NCBI GenBank assembly: GCA_021151585.1
Contig: JAGKWX010000002.1
Span: 75,747 to 139,746 of the forward strand
Source: Alphaproteobacteria bacterium
GTDB lineage: Bacteria > Pseudomonadota > Gammaproteobacteria > JAGOUN01
Length of the DNA stretch: 64,000 nt
Reading direction: 5' to 3'
In this document: one piece after another, positions 1 to 9,590 of the stretch
Layout: each line of letters begins with the position of its first letter
Position numbering within the stretch: the first letter of the stretch is position 1
Program-made: the position numbers and the translations under genes
Notes under the pieces: generated by a model
What the model saw: only the letters and a program-made list of their open reading frames with translations
Told to the model about the DNA's origin: nothing
The model's database searches: none

Positions 1-10
1 AGAAGATGCA

Positions 11-844
11 TTATTCATTTATCATTAATCCATAATAAGCGTGACTTAAACTAGACTGATTATTTTCCTCCAAGGCGTGATAAAAATCTTTACCCACCTC
101 ATCTCGCATCCATTTTTTTGTGCCACTTAGTTGATCTAACATAGCAAGATCAAGACTAAACACACCATTCAACAACCATAAAGGACTAGCTGAAAAAGCC
201 TGTACTTCAGTGACATAAAACAGATTTAATGCGGCAATGCTTGCAGGCGACATACCTGCTTCGCTGGTTGCCGGCAACTTCAAAGTGGCGATCAATTCAC
301 CTTGATATACGGCAATAACTTGTATTGAATCAGAAAAATAATTGAGCCAAATCACCGTCGAGTGATCAGCATATTTTATTTTTGCATAGTGCGCATAGAT
401 CAATTCATGTACCGTTATTTTTACAGGCTGTAAACTCGCAGTGACTATAGCCTGATAATGTTCTTTCAATGCTCGCTTCGCCACCGCAACAACAAAAAGA
501 AATCTATCGTCACTTAGCCTGGCAGCTTCAAAATAATCAACCACTAGTTGATCAAGTGGCAAAGAAAATTTTGCTTGCTCTTGCTGAAGAATGGCTGCGC
601 GCACTAGGTGAGGATGTGATTCTGGCTTTTTAATTCTTAATAATTGATAGTCTTTAGCAGACAACAGACTAATAACTTTTTTATTGCTCAAACCCTGGCT
701 AACGATATATCGAACAAATTCGGACTGCGCTAGGGGCACAGACGATAATGCTAAAGAAGATCCTAAATTCGCAACTGTTACCCCAGCTTGGTTAAAAGCA
801 AGCGTGCAATATTTAGACACAACCACTCCCTGTTTAATTGGCAA
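11..844 (-). CDS. hypothetical protein (277 aa), no recognisable motif
   Basis: Long uninterrupted ORF in an AT-rich background, divergent from lipA. No catalytic motif recognised by eye. Confidence 0.4.
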   Translation of the reverse strand: MPIKQGVVVSKYCTLAFNQAGVTVANLGSSLALSSVPLAQSEFVRYIVSQGLSNKKVISLLSAKDYQLLRIKKPESHPHLVRAAILQQEQAKFSLPLDQLVVDYFEAARLSDDRFLFVVAVAKRALKEHYQAIVTASLQPVKITVHELIYAHYAKIKYADHSTVIWLNYFSDSIQVIAVYQGELIATLKLPATSEAGMSPASIAALNLFYVTEVQAFSASPLWLLNGVFSLDLAMLDQLSGTKKWMRDEVGKDFYHALEENNQSSLSHAYYGLMINE

Positions 845-909
845 AAAACGATGAAAAACATAATTTTATGCCGTAAACTATGCCCTAACTTTTTTGATGA
901 AGCAACTGA

Positions 910-1899
910 ATGACTAAGACATTAAAAAATATCCCGATTATGGTTCAAAGCGGTCAAAAATACGTCACAGAACAAGGGTTTTCCGCTATCAAAGATGGCG
1001 TAAAAACACGTGAAGCTAAAAAAAGTTTTTTAAAAAAACCTGAGTGGCTGCGTATTCGTCTTTCATCCAGTCCTAAATATGCACAAGTGAAGCAGCGCGT
1101 GCATGATCTCAAATTAAGCACAGTCTGCGAAGAAGCAAAGTGCCCAAATATCAGCGAATGCTGGAGCCATGGCACAGCAACGATTATGCTCATGGGCTCT
1201 GTATGTACACGCGCTTGCCAATTTTGTTCCGTTGACACAGGAAATCCGGGTGGCTGGCTGGACAAAAATGAACCTCTTAACACTGCCAAAACCGTGCAAG
1301 AAATGGGGCTACAATATGTCGTATTAACATCGGTCGATCGCGATGACTTAGCAGATGGCGGCGCATTGCACTATGCAACAACAATTAAAATAATTAAAAC
1401 CTTGTGTCCTGAGACCAAAGTTGAAGCGCTAACCAGTGACTTTCAAGGCGATCTTCAAGCGGTGCAAACCGTTTTAGATAGCGGCGTAGATGTCTATGCG
1501 CAAAATATGGAAACCGTGCGACGACTCACCCACCCTGTTCGCGACCCCCGCGCCAGCTACGACCAAACCCTATCTGTCTTAGCGTTTGCAAAAAAAGCGC
1601 GACCTGACGTTATTACTAAAACCAGCTTGATGCTTGGACTCGGGGAAACGGAAGAAGAAATCTTACAAACCATGGATGATTTGCGCGCTATTCAAGTTGA
1701 CGTACTAACACTCGGACAATATTTACAACCGACAAGCAATCATTATCCTGTTGCTCGCTTTGTCACACCTGAAGAATTTAAGCGTTATCGCGAGTGGGGC
1801 TTAAAAAAAGGCTTTTTAGAAGTCGCTTCTGGCCCCATGGTACGTTCAAGCTATCGTGCGGATCGTATTTTTGCACAAGACAACCTCGGTATGGAGTGA
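910..1899 (+). CDS. lipA: lipoyl synthase
   Basis: N-terminal Cys cluster [12 protein letters not shown] and radical-[11 protein letters not shown] motif. Length of 329 aa is typical of LipA. Confidence 0.9.
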   Translation: MTKTLKNIPIMVQSGQKYVTEQGFSAIKDGVKTREAKKSFLKKPEWLRIRLSSSPKYAQVKQRVHDLKLSTVCEEAKCPNISECWSHGTATIMLMGSVCTRACQFCSVDTGNPGGWLDKNEPLNTAKTVQEMGLQYVVLTSVDRDDLADGGALHYATTIKIIKTLCPETKVEALTSDFQGDLQAVQTVLDSGVDVYAQNMETVRRLTHPVRDPRASYDQTLSVLAFAKKARPDVITKTSLMLGLGETEEEILQTMDDLRAIQVDVLTLGQYLQPTSNHYPVARFVTPEEFKRYREWGLKKGFLEVASGPMVRSSYRADRIFAQDNLGME

Positions 1900-1909
1900 G
1901 ACAGAAATA

Positions 1910-3013
1910 ATGCTAAAACAATTTGGTGCACTATATATTATTTTAGGAACTTGCATTGCTGCAGGCTTGCTTGGATTACCGATTATTACCGCAAATAACC
2001 ATTATGTTATTAGCGTCGCCATGCTTGTAAGCGCGTGGAGCTTGATGACCCTGGGTGCCTGGTGCTTGACGAAAGTGACTTTGTGGTCACCAAGAAACAG
2101 TAATTTCATTAGTATGTCAGAAGCAACACTGGGAAAACCAGGAAAATACTTAACATGGATAGTCTATGTATTTCTGCTATACAGTTTAATTTGTGCATAC
2201 TTAGCGGCAAGTGGCGACGTTATAGAATCACTGTTAAACGCCATTCACATACCGATAACACGCACATGGGCAACGTTGTTGTCCACGGTAGGCATAGGCA
2301 CCATTATTTACCGTGGTATACGCAGCGTTGATTTATGCAATCGTGTTTTAATGAGCATTAAATTGCTTATTTGTATAGCACTGATTGCTCTAGTTGCGCC
2401 ACACGCGCATGTACAGCCACTAGCAACCGAAGGTGATTTTGCATGGCGCGGCTCTGCCTGGCTCGTGATTATTTGTGCATTTGGTTACGCCACCATTATT
2501 CCAAGTATTCGAGATTATCTGGATAATAATGCAAAACAACTACAGCGCATTGTGTTAATCGGCAGCACTATCCCACTGATATTGTATTTAATATGGATTG
2601 CATTAATTCAAGGAGCCTTATCGCGCTATGGCGCCCATGGGTTGATTGCGATGAATAATTCAAACAATACAAATTCTTTATTAATGCAACAATTAGTATC
2701 GATATCACATTGCCCATTACTCGAATCCATGAGCATTGTTTTTATTTCGATTTGTTCAATTACCGGTTTTCTTGGTGTCAGTCTTTGCATGACCGATTTT
2801 CTTGCCGATGGCTTAAAGCAAAAAAAAGAAGGTCTGAAAAAATTTGGCATTGTTTGTTTAACATTAGTCCCCAGCACTATTATTGTGATAGTCAAACCAT
2901 CGCTGTTTATTCAAGCATTAGCCTATGCAGGAATATGCTGCGTATACATTTTGATTATTCTCCCAGTACTGATGTACCTGCGAGCAAAAATATTGAAAAT
3001 CAACGTGGCTTGA
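1910..3013 (+). CDS. aromatic amino acid permease (HAAAP family, TyrP/Mtr/TnaB-like)
   Basis: About 11 predicted TM segments. N-terminal region resembles tyrosine/tryptophan-specific transport proteins. ATG at 1910 follows directly after the lipA stop, so the longer ORF start at 1856 is unlikely. Confidence 0.6.
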   Translation: MLKQFGALYIILGTCIAAGLLGLPIITANNHYVISVAMLVSAWSLMTLGAWCLTKVTLWSPRNSNFISMSEATLGKPGKYLTWIVYVFLLYSLICAYLAASGDVIESLLNAIHIPITRTWATLLSTVGIGTIIYRGIRSVDLCNRVLMSIKLLICIALIALVAPHAHVQPLATEGDFAWRGSAWLVIICAFGYATIIPSIRDYLDNNAKQLQRIVLIGSTIPLILYLIWIALIQGALSRYGAHGLIAMNNSNNTNSLLMQQLVSISHCPLLESMSIVFISICSITGFLGVSLCMTDFLADGLKQKKEGLKKFGIVCLTLVPSTIIVIVKPSLFIQALAYAGICCVYILIILPVLMYLRAKILKINVA

Positions 3014-3034
3014 CTAAGTTAAAAATATTTAGAG

Positions 3035-3367
3035 ATGCATAAAATGAAATTTTTTTTATTGTTCGTATTGAGTGTGTTTTTCTTGCCGGCGTACAGCACT
3101 CACTATTCCTGCGACATATTTAACAACGGACAAAAAATCACAACATTACCCGGTGCTGTACCAGATAATAATCGAATTGCTAGTGCCGCAAACCATAATA
3201 TAACTGATCCCAACATCACACTCGCCTATACTTTATGCCAACAAGCGGGGTTTCGACTCATCAACACGCAAGTGGCTATCCCTGGTATGCGCAGCAATTC
3301 TAACGTGACTAAAATCCAGCAAACACCTGATCCAGCTTGCTCACTAAAGTGTTCACCTATCAGTTAA
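3035..3367 (+). CDS. small secreted hypothetical protein (signal peptide)
   Basis: N-terminus MHKMKFFLLFVLSVFFLPAYS is a classic Sec signal peptide. 110 aa with no recognisable domain. Confidence 0.35.
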   Translation: MHKMKFFLLFVLSVFFLPAYSTHYSCDIFNNGQKITTLPGAVPDNNRIASAANHNITDPNITLAYTLCQQAGFRLINTQVAIPGMRSNSNVTKIQQTPDPACSLKCSPIS

Positions 3368-3493
3368 ACGATACTAGCACGCCATCGAATACTGACAGAC
3401 TCATCTATTGATTGCCAGCAACGACTATAGTTATGCCTCTAGTTTATTGGGTAAAAAAGCACAGTAACGATGCAGAACTCAGGAAGATTATAG

Positions 3494-4192
3494 TTATGCA
3501 ATGTAATCCTTCAGGGTGATTTCAACGCGGTAATTCGTATAATCACCAACAACACTATTCAATGCTAAATTCGGTTGATACTGGATTGGATGACCACCAC
3601 CATAACCTACGGCATAAATCATACGCGCATCCATATCATGATCCCAAAAATAATTACTTACAACTTGCGCTTGCTTCTCAGTAAGGAAAAGGTCTCGTTC
3701 AGATTGCCTTGGCGCAGCGGCATAAGCGGCAATACTGATCTTTACTTTATTCATTGGCTGAAGTAATTTCGCGACCTGCTGTAAAATATTGTCACCTGAA
3801 CTAGAGATTTTCACAGAATAATCAACAAATAACTTCTGTGACGGAATAATAATTGTCACATTATCACCCAAGCGCATGACACTGACGCCGCTTGCGCCGA
3901 GTGACTGCAATACTGTGGGGTGTTGTGAAAATATATAGCCTAAGACACCACCTATGGCAGCCCCCACCCCTGCACTAACAGGAACACTAGCGCCAGATAC
4001 GCCACCAACAACCGCACCAGTGACAGCGCCCGCGCCAGCACCTTTGGCTGTCGATGAATCTACACCATTACCTTCTGTCGAGCAGGCTGATAATAAAAAT
4101 AAACATGAGAACACTATACTATTTAACTTAAACACATCTATCTCCACGATAATCTCAAAGATGCTAATCCTCGCCGGCATGAAACATACCAT
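3494..4192 (-). CDS. icmN: OmpA-like lipoprotein with Gly/Ala-rich glycine-zipper region, candidate DotK/IcmN
   Basis: Lipobox LLSAC, then the Gly/Ala-rich stretch AKGAGAGAVTGAVVGGVSGASVPVSAGVGAAIGGVLG, and a C-terminal OmpA-like peptidoglycan-binding domain. Lies immediately downstream of and co-oriented with the dotL/dotM homologues. The true start is probably internal, at a non-ATG codon before the lipobox. Confidence 0.5.
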   Translation of the reverse strand: MVCFMPARISIFEIIVEIDVFKLNSIVFSCLFLLSACSTEGNGVDSSTAKGAGAGAVTGAVVGGVSGASVPVSAGVGAAIGGVLGYIFSQHPTVLQSLGASGVSVMRLGDNVTIIIPSQKLFVDYSVKISSSGDNILQQVAKLLQPMNKVKISIAAYAAAPRQSERDLFLTEKQAQVVSNYFWDHDMDARMIYAVGYGGGHPIQYQPNLALNSVVGDYTNYRVEITLKDYIA

Positions 4193-4194
4193 TG

Positions 4195-6588
4195 TTAATT
4201 CTCATCCCCCTGCGCTTGTTTTTCAACCATCGCTGTTAAGCGCTCTGTAATATCCACTAACTCTGGAACCGATAAACGTACCATAATCGCTGGCGGATAC
4301 TGAGTCGCTGCTTCCATGCCGTTAGCCACTTCCAAAGCAATATTATGTGCCTGATTAGCTTTTCGCCCCATCAAACGCTCAATTAATTCAATTTTTTCTC
4401 TGACCTGCGACTTCACCAGCAAAGACTTACAAAACTGATCGTATCGTTCACCAGAGAAGTAGGAGCGCACATTATCTGTTACTTTGACTCTGACAAATAT
4501 ATTTAAGCTCTCAGAAATTTCATCAACCTCTGGGATACTAACACTCGCCTCATCCATGCCTGGTGACGTGGTAGCAGACTCAGCACGAGGAGGATCGAAG
4601 CCATCACAACATGCAAAAAAAGCCGCCACGCTACGCTCAACACCATTTTTTTTCTTCTGCGCTTCAGAAGAAAATACCTTAACCAGCGCTGAAATCGTAT
4701 CAGAAGATTCGATAGGCTGATCAAAAATAACTGGCTTATCTAATAGCTGTGTAAATTTAATTAATTGCTTTTCTTGCCTCACCAATTCCTTAAGATTTGG
4801 CTTATCAACTTTTAAGAAATGATTTAGACGCATTCTGTCAGCAATTTTTGGATTGGCGAAAAATGCTCGCGCACGCACAATTTCAGATTTAAAAAACACA
4901 TGCATCTCACCAACATCTTGATCTTTCAAATCTAAAAGATGAATACGAGCACGCTTTTCAGCTGAAGCACTTTTGGTATCTAAATAATTATTCATCATAC
5001 TTTGTGAATCCGTCTGAAAATGATCCACTTTAGTTACATAAATTTCACCAGCAGTTTTATTAAAGAAATCCCACGTTTCCGTTGGATCTTCTAACTTCAT
5101 ACAAATCTTGATATTAGTATTTGCACCAATTGACGCCGCTTCTTCTTTTGATGCTTTTTGAAACGCAGGCAAATCTTGCCCAGCAAAAATTGTCGAAAAT
5201 CCAAGTGATCGCGCTTGCGCAGGTACAACCGCAAAACCTTTTACAGCATAATAGCCATACTCATCGAGAATACACATATACGGAGTTGGAGCATTAGTCG
5301 GTTTTCTCTGAATAACATCTTGAAAACGACCCTCGACACTATCTCCCAAACCCGAGGCCATCATTGCACGCAAGGTGGCAATAATAATTTTACCTAAATT
5401 TGATAATTCATCTGGAGATTTTTCTAGTGCAGGCAATAGCACAACAAGAATACGTCGATTCAAAACTACGTCAGCCATGTCTACTTCAGGAACATTGGTA
5501 CGAATAATATGACTATAGGTATCCGCCAATGAACCAAATGTTCTAGTCAGCTGCATAGTGATAAAGCCATGTTGCTCTAGCACTTGAGATACTTGTTTGC
5601 CTTTATTTTTCGGTGTAAATCCTGGCAAATTTAGTAGGTAATTATAAATCGGATCCATAACTAATGGCGGGGCATCTGCTATAGAAAAAGGCTCTTGACC
5701 ATCGACCGGGAATTGCCTATCTAAACAAATTTGCTCAAGCTTAGGTAAATGAAAATAATTACGAATTGAATTCGCATCTAGCAATAATTTTCCTTGGTCA
5801 CGAACATATACCAATAATTTCATCAACGCTTCAACGAAGTTAATTGCTCGGTTTTTCCACATATCTCCATCTGGAGAACCTGATTGACTTTCCCCCATTA
5901 AGCTAACAACCAACTGGATTAACATACTGGATGAACCACTAGAAAATGGATTCATTGTGTTTGATAACTTGGTTTCTTGAGCGCCAATAATATCACGCGC
6001 ACCCGTCATAAAATTAATTAGCAAAATATCATCTTCGCGCCCCATACTGCGACACATAGAGAAAATCTTTGCATACAGGGAATTATCACCTTTACCATCG
6101 ACATAAATAAAACCACTACCTTGCATTAACGCATTAAAAGCAAACGACACTAAAGCTTCTGTCTTACCGCTACCCGTTGATCCAAAAATCAACATATGTG
6201 TCCGCATATCATCGTTATTAAACCAAAGTTCATCGTTATTTGATTTGGAATTACCAAGAAAACAAATACCACGCGCCACATTAGGCTGCATGCCACCACC
6301 AGGTTTCATATCATTATAATCTAATGCTTTTGAACGAATTGGCATACGAAAAGGCAACGATGCACGTTTAGCCACATACAAACAGTAACAAGACAGAATA
6401 AAGCCGAGCAACAAGACGATGTCAGCAATAGCAGGAAATACACCAGCAAGCGTTGCAAGCACAATAAAAACAATAGAACTTTGTGAGGGCTGTTTTAAAA
6501 AATCCCTAATTTTCGTACCAAGCGTACGCGTATCCCGCAGGAGTTGCGATGCATCTTGTTCTTGATTTTTTTCTAACCCTCTAATCAT
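4195..6588 (-). CDS. icmO: type IVB secretion coupling protein DotL/IcmO (TrbC-like ATPase)
   Basis: 797 aa, an N-terminal TM region, Walker A motif FGSTGSGKTE, and a long C-terminal extension. Size and architecture match DotL (about 783 aa). Start overlaps the stop of the upstream dotM-like gene. Confidence 0.75.
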   Translation of the reverse strand: MIRGLEKNQEQDASQLLRDTRTLGTKIRDFLKQPSQSSIVFIVLATLAGVFPAIADIVLLLGFILSCYCLYVAKRASLPFRMPIRSKALDYNDMKPGGGMQPNVARGICFLGNSKSNNDELWFNNDDMRTHMLIFGSTGSGKTEALVSFAFNALMQGSGFIYVDGKGDNSLYAKIFSMCRSMGREDDILLINFMTGARDIIGAQETKLSNTMNPFSSGSSSMLIQLVVSLMGESQSGSPDGDMWKNRAINFVEALMKLLVYVRDQGKLLLDANSIRNYFHLPKLEQICLDRQFPVDGQEPFSIADAPPLVMDPIYNYLLNLPGFTPKNKGKQVSQVLEQHGFITMQLTRTFGSLADTYSHIIRTNVPEVDMADVVLNRRILVVLLPALEKSPDELSNLGKIIIATLRAMMASGLGDSVEGRFQDVIQRKPTNAPTPYMCILDEYGYYAVKGFAVVPAQARSLGFSTIFAGQDLPAFQKASKEEAASIGANTNIKICMKLEDPTETWDFFNKTAGEIYVTKVDHFQTDSQSMMNNYLDTKSASAEKRARIHLLDLKDQDVGEMHVFFKSEIVRARAFFANPKIADRMRLNHFLKVDKPNLKELVRQEKQLIKFTQLLDKPVIFDQPIESSDTISALVKVFSSEAQKKKNGVERSVAAFFACCDGFDPPRAESATTSPGMDEASVSIPEVDEISESLNIFVRVKVTDNVRSYFSGERYDQFCKSLLVKSQVREKIELIERLMGRKANQAHNIALEVANGMEAATQYPPAIMVRLSVPELVDITERLTAMVEKQAQGDEN

Positions 6589-7721
6589 TATCTCATCTCA
6601 TCTTCGTCGCGGTGGTAAGTAATTTCGGTCAATGCAGACTCTAACGCTAACGTGGCTGTTTCTACCATGGGCAACACTGATTTCCGACCTAATTCTTTTT
6701 CAGCCAACCAATGCGCAAAGACACCCGCCGATTCACAAACCGGTGTTCGACGACCAATACAATTCAAGACAAACCATGCTTTTCTATCGACCGGTTTCAA
6801 CCACAAAAAATCTGAACTACTCAATACGCCATCATAACGCGCCAATTCCAACATCGAGGCCATGACAGTCAGTTCATACGCATGAGACTCAATCACCATG
6901 TTCACGCTTTTTTTGTTAAGATATTTGCGACATAGTGCCAATGGATGTTCGCAATGAGTCGTATTTTTCACCGGATCAAAATTATTCGATAATTCTGCCA
7001 ACACGGCGTAAGCGAGATCGCGATCACCATGTGCTTTTGCAGCGAACACCCCAAATAAAGCCTGCAAATAAGGAGGCAGCGCTTCACAACCACGCCACAA
7101 TCTACCTAGCTGCAGAGTAAATAAGGCCATTGCCTTACCTTTATCTAATCTTGCGACTATACGTTTATGCCTTAATAATTCATCTTCGAGCGGCATAACC
7201 TCTTCTTCAATAATGAGTTGCTTTTGTTTAGCAAAATCCATTGGTGTCAATGACATCGCCCAGGGGCCTTTACGAATATCGACATTAATTAAATCAAGCG
7301 TTGTGACCGGTTTAATTTGCGGCCAGATATCTTGTTGTGCTGTTGCCAAATCTTTCATATTGTAAGAACGACGATAGCCAGTCGCAGAAGCACTTTTATA
7401 AATCATTATCGCTAACAACAACAAGATAACTATGCAAGGAATAGCAATATACTTACCCACACTAGATGCGATATATTGTGCCTGTACAAATGTCACGCTA
7501 ACAGGTGCAACAGTTGAAGCATAACGGTTAACTAAGTCTAGCTTAGAAGTAAATAAGCCTATAACGGACATTTCTAGGACTTTAAACTTCAAAAAGACCA
7601 GCATAATGTACGCATGCAAGAAATACCAAATAATGCCGCCAACAATGCACAGCGTCAACATGATCCATAAAGGACCGAGTGAATTATCCGGCTGTTGGCC
7701 GCCGCCGCCTCCTGGTGCCAT
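6588..7721 (-). CDS. icmP: type IVB secretion inner-membrane protein DotM/IcmP
   Basis: 377 aa with N-terminal TM helices and a soluble C-terminal domain. Position immediately upstream of dotL with overlapping start/stop. Size matches DotM (about 376-380 aa). Confidence 0.6.
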   Translation of the reverse strand: MAPGGGGGQQPDNSLGPLWIMLTLCIVGGIIWYFLHAYIMLVFLKFKVLEMSVIGLFTSKLDLVNRYASTVAPVSVTFVQAQYIASSVGKYIAIPCIVILLLLAIMIYKSASATGYRRSYNMKDLATAQQDIWPQIKPVTTLDLINVDIRKGPWAMSLTPMDFAKQKQLIIEEEVMPLEDELLRHKRIVARLDKGKAMALFTLQLGRLWRGCEALPPYLQALFGVFAAKAHGDRDLAYAVLAELSNNFDPVKNTTHCEHPLALCRKYLNKKSVNMVIESHAYELTVMASMLELARYDGVLSSSDFLWLKPVDRKAWFVLNCIGRRTPVCESAGVFAHWLAEKELGRKSVLPMVETATLALESALTEITYHRDEDEMR

Positions 7722-7754
7722 AGAAACATCACTCTATTTATTCATCGTGGATTT

Positions 7755-7770
7755 ATGGTGCCATAAATGA
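7755..7770. promoter_or_regulatory. perfect 7-bp-arm palindrome TTTATGG-tg-CCATAAA 34-49 bp upstream of the icmP start
   Basis: Read directly in the sequence. An inverted repeat in this position is typical of a dimeric transcription-factor operator. Confidence 0.25.
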
Positions 7771-7902
7771 GGGGGAATTGACAATTATCTTTATTCCAAA
7801 CTCAGCGTTCCAAGGGGGCGACCATCGGATCGCCCGCTATTAACCTGAATTCAGACCTGATAACCTGCTATATTCGCTGAATTCAGTCAATTTAACATTA
7901 AA

Positions 7903-8766
7903 TTATTGCCCGCCAGCCTGCTTTTGTCGCATTTCAGCCAACGTTTTACAATCAATACATAATGTCGCTGTAGGGCGCGCCTCTAAGCGTCGAATCCCAA
8001 TATCCACGCCACATTCTTCGCAATAACCATATTCGCCATCACGTAATCGTTTCAACGCCTCGTCAATATCAGCAACTAAATCTGCTTCACGATCTCGCGC
8101 TTTCAGTTCTAGGTTAAATTCTTCTTCTTGTGTCGCACGGTCATTCAAATCAGCAAAATGTTTAGGCTCATCCTTAAGGTGCGAGACAGCTGTGTCAATT
8201 TTAGACGATAAAGTGGCGCGCCATACGTGCAACAATTCTTTAAAATAGGCTTGCTGAGTCTCACTCATATAATCTTCTTCTGTAGAAATAATGTAAGGTT
8301 TCAAACCGAGCGACTCCGCATGCCCAACACTAGTTCGCGACTTGGTTGGCGCTGAAGCGAACGCATGCTCGGCCACAGCGTGAGCTGATGACTCTGCATC
8401 CGGTATCACTGAGCTTGTTTTTTCTGACGCTGTACCCTGAAACTCGCTAGACACAACAGAAATTGACTTAAGATTATCAGCATCTTGGTTAACAAAAGGT
8501 TTGGTTAATACTGTTTTTTTAGAAGACTTGCTACTGACTTTCTCTGGCGCGACTGTCGCACGAGATTGATCAGCCGTAGTAATCGACTTAGAGCTTGTTT
8601 TTGCTGAATTTTTAACCATATTTTCTGGCCCGGCGTTAGATACCGTCGATTGCACTAGCACTCTAGCTTTAGGAGACGCTGCCACAGCAGGTTTCGCCGT
8701 TTTTTTATCGCCTGCTTTTGTTATGACTTTGCTCGTTTTAACAACTGCTTTTGCTGTATTCGGCAT
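7903..8766 (-). CDS. dksA: RNA polymerase-binding transcription factor DksA with about 136-aa Lys/Ala/Ser-rich N-terminal extension
   Basis: The C-terminal 150 aa align residue-for-residue with DksA, including the coiled-coil tip (the motif after HFADLN) and the C4 zinc finger CEECGVDIGIRRLEARPTATLCIDC. The ORF stays open for 136 further codons upstream, which would be rare by chance in AT-rich DNA. Confidence 0.7.
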   Translation of the reverse strand: MPNTAKAVVKTSKVITKAGDKKTAKPAVAASPKARVLVQSTVSNAGPENMVKNSAKTSSKSITTADQSRATVAPEKVSSKSSKKTVLTKPFVNQDADNLKSISVVSSEFQGTASEKTSSVIPDAESSAHAVAEHAFASAPTKSRTSVGHAESLGLKPYIISTEEDYMSETQQAYFKELLHVWRATLSSKIDTAVSHLKDEPKHFADLNDRATQEEEFNLELKARDREADLVADIDEALKRLRDGEYGYCEECGVDIGIRRLEARPTATLCIDCKTLAEMRQKQAGGQ

Positions 8767-8887
8767 AATGTATTCCTAAGGTAAAAAAGTTGGCACCCTC
8801 TATAGCAGACTTTTGCTATAAAAACAAATTCTATACGCATATATTTTATGCTAATATGATAAAAATAGCGATTTAGAGGAAGGAAAC

Positions 8888-9481
8888 ATGTTTAAAATAC
8901 GCGCTCAAGTCTTATGTTCATTGTTATTTTTGACCTCATCATTAGCTCTGGCCTCATCAGAGGAAGGCTTTTATCTCGGTGTTAACGCAATTGATGGTCA
9001 GATTGATATCAACAACGTTACCGTTAATGGAACAAGCTACACTCCTGAAAACAATAATTCCTTTGGCGGCGGATTGAGCTATGGTTTTAATGTATCAAAA
9101 AATGTTGCTTTAGATGGCGCTTTTGATGGCTTTAATGTAGTAGATTTCAACGGCACTAATGCCCCAAATCAACAATACTGGTTCAGCTATTTAGCCGTTA
9201 AGCCTATGGTGGATTTTTGGAAATTTAATGCCTTTTTTAGCGTTGGCGCTGCTTACGTGCACGTATCTCAGAATAATTCAGGCAATACTGAAGACACAAC
9301 AAATTCAATGGTCAGACCTTATGGTAGCGTTGGACTCGGATTTAATTTCAGCCCAAGCACAGAATTAGCTCTTTCTATCAACCGCATTCAAGATACTAAC
9401 ACTCCGATCACATTCGGCATGCTAACGTTGACTTATCATTTTGTTACACACTATGAAGATTCAGGTTTTTTGGCTGATTGA
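8888..9481 (+). CDS. small outer-membrane beta-barrel protein (OmpA-like/opacity family fold)
   Basis: Signal peptide, then alternating hydrophobic beta-strand pattern, Asn/Gly-rich loops, and a terminal strand LTLTYHF. Length 197 aa. Confidence 0.4.
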   Translation: MFKIRAQVLCSLLFLTSSLALASSEEGFYLGVNAIDGQIDINNVTVNGTSYTPENNNSFGGGLSYGFNVSKNVALDGAFDGFNVVDFNGTNAPNQQYWFSYLAVKPMVDFWKFNAFFSVGAAYVHVSQNNSGNTEDTTNSMVRPYGSVGLGFNFSPSTELALSINRIQDTNTPITFGMLTLTYHFVTHYEDSGFLAD

Positions 9482-9590
9482 TAAAACATTAAATCTAGCG
9501 CATAGAAGCTGATGCCCCTGCATAAACTCAAATCTGAGTTTATGCAGGGTAAGTGTGGTCGAAGTTAAGCCATAATACGCCATATTAGCC

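Noticed and set aside
3954..4250. 98-aa Ala/Pro/Thr-rich plus-strand ORF
   Set aside because: It is the reverse-complement reading of the Gly/Ala-rich glycine-zipper region of the icmN-like gene.
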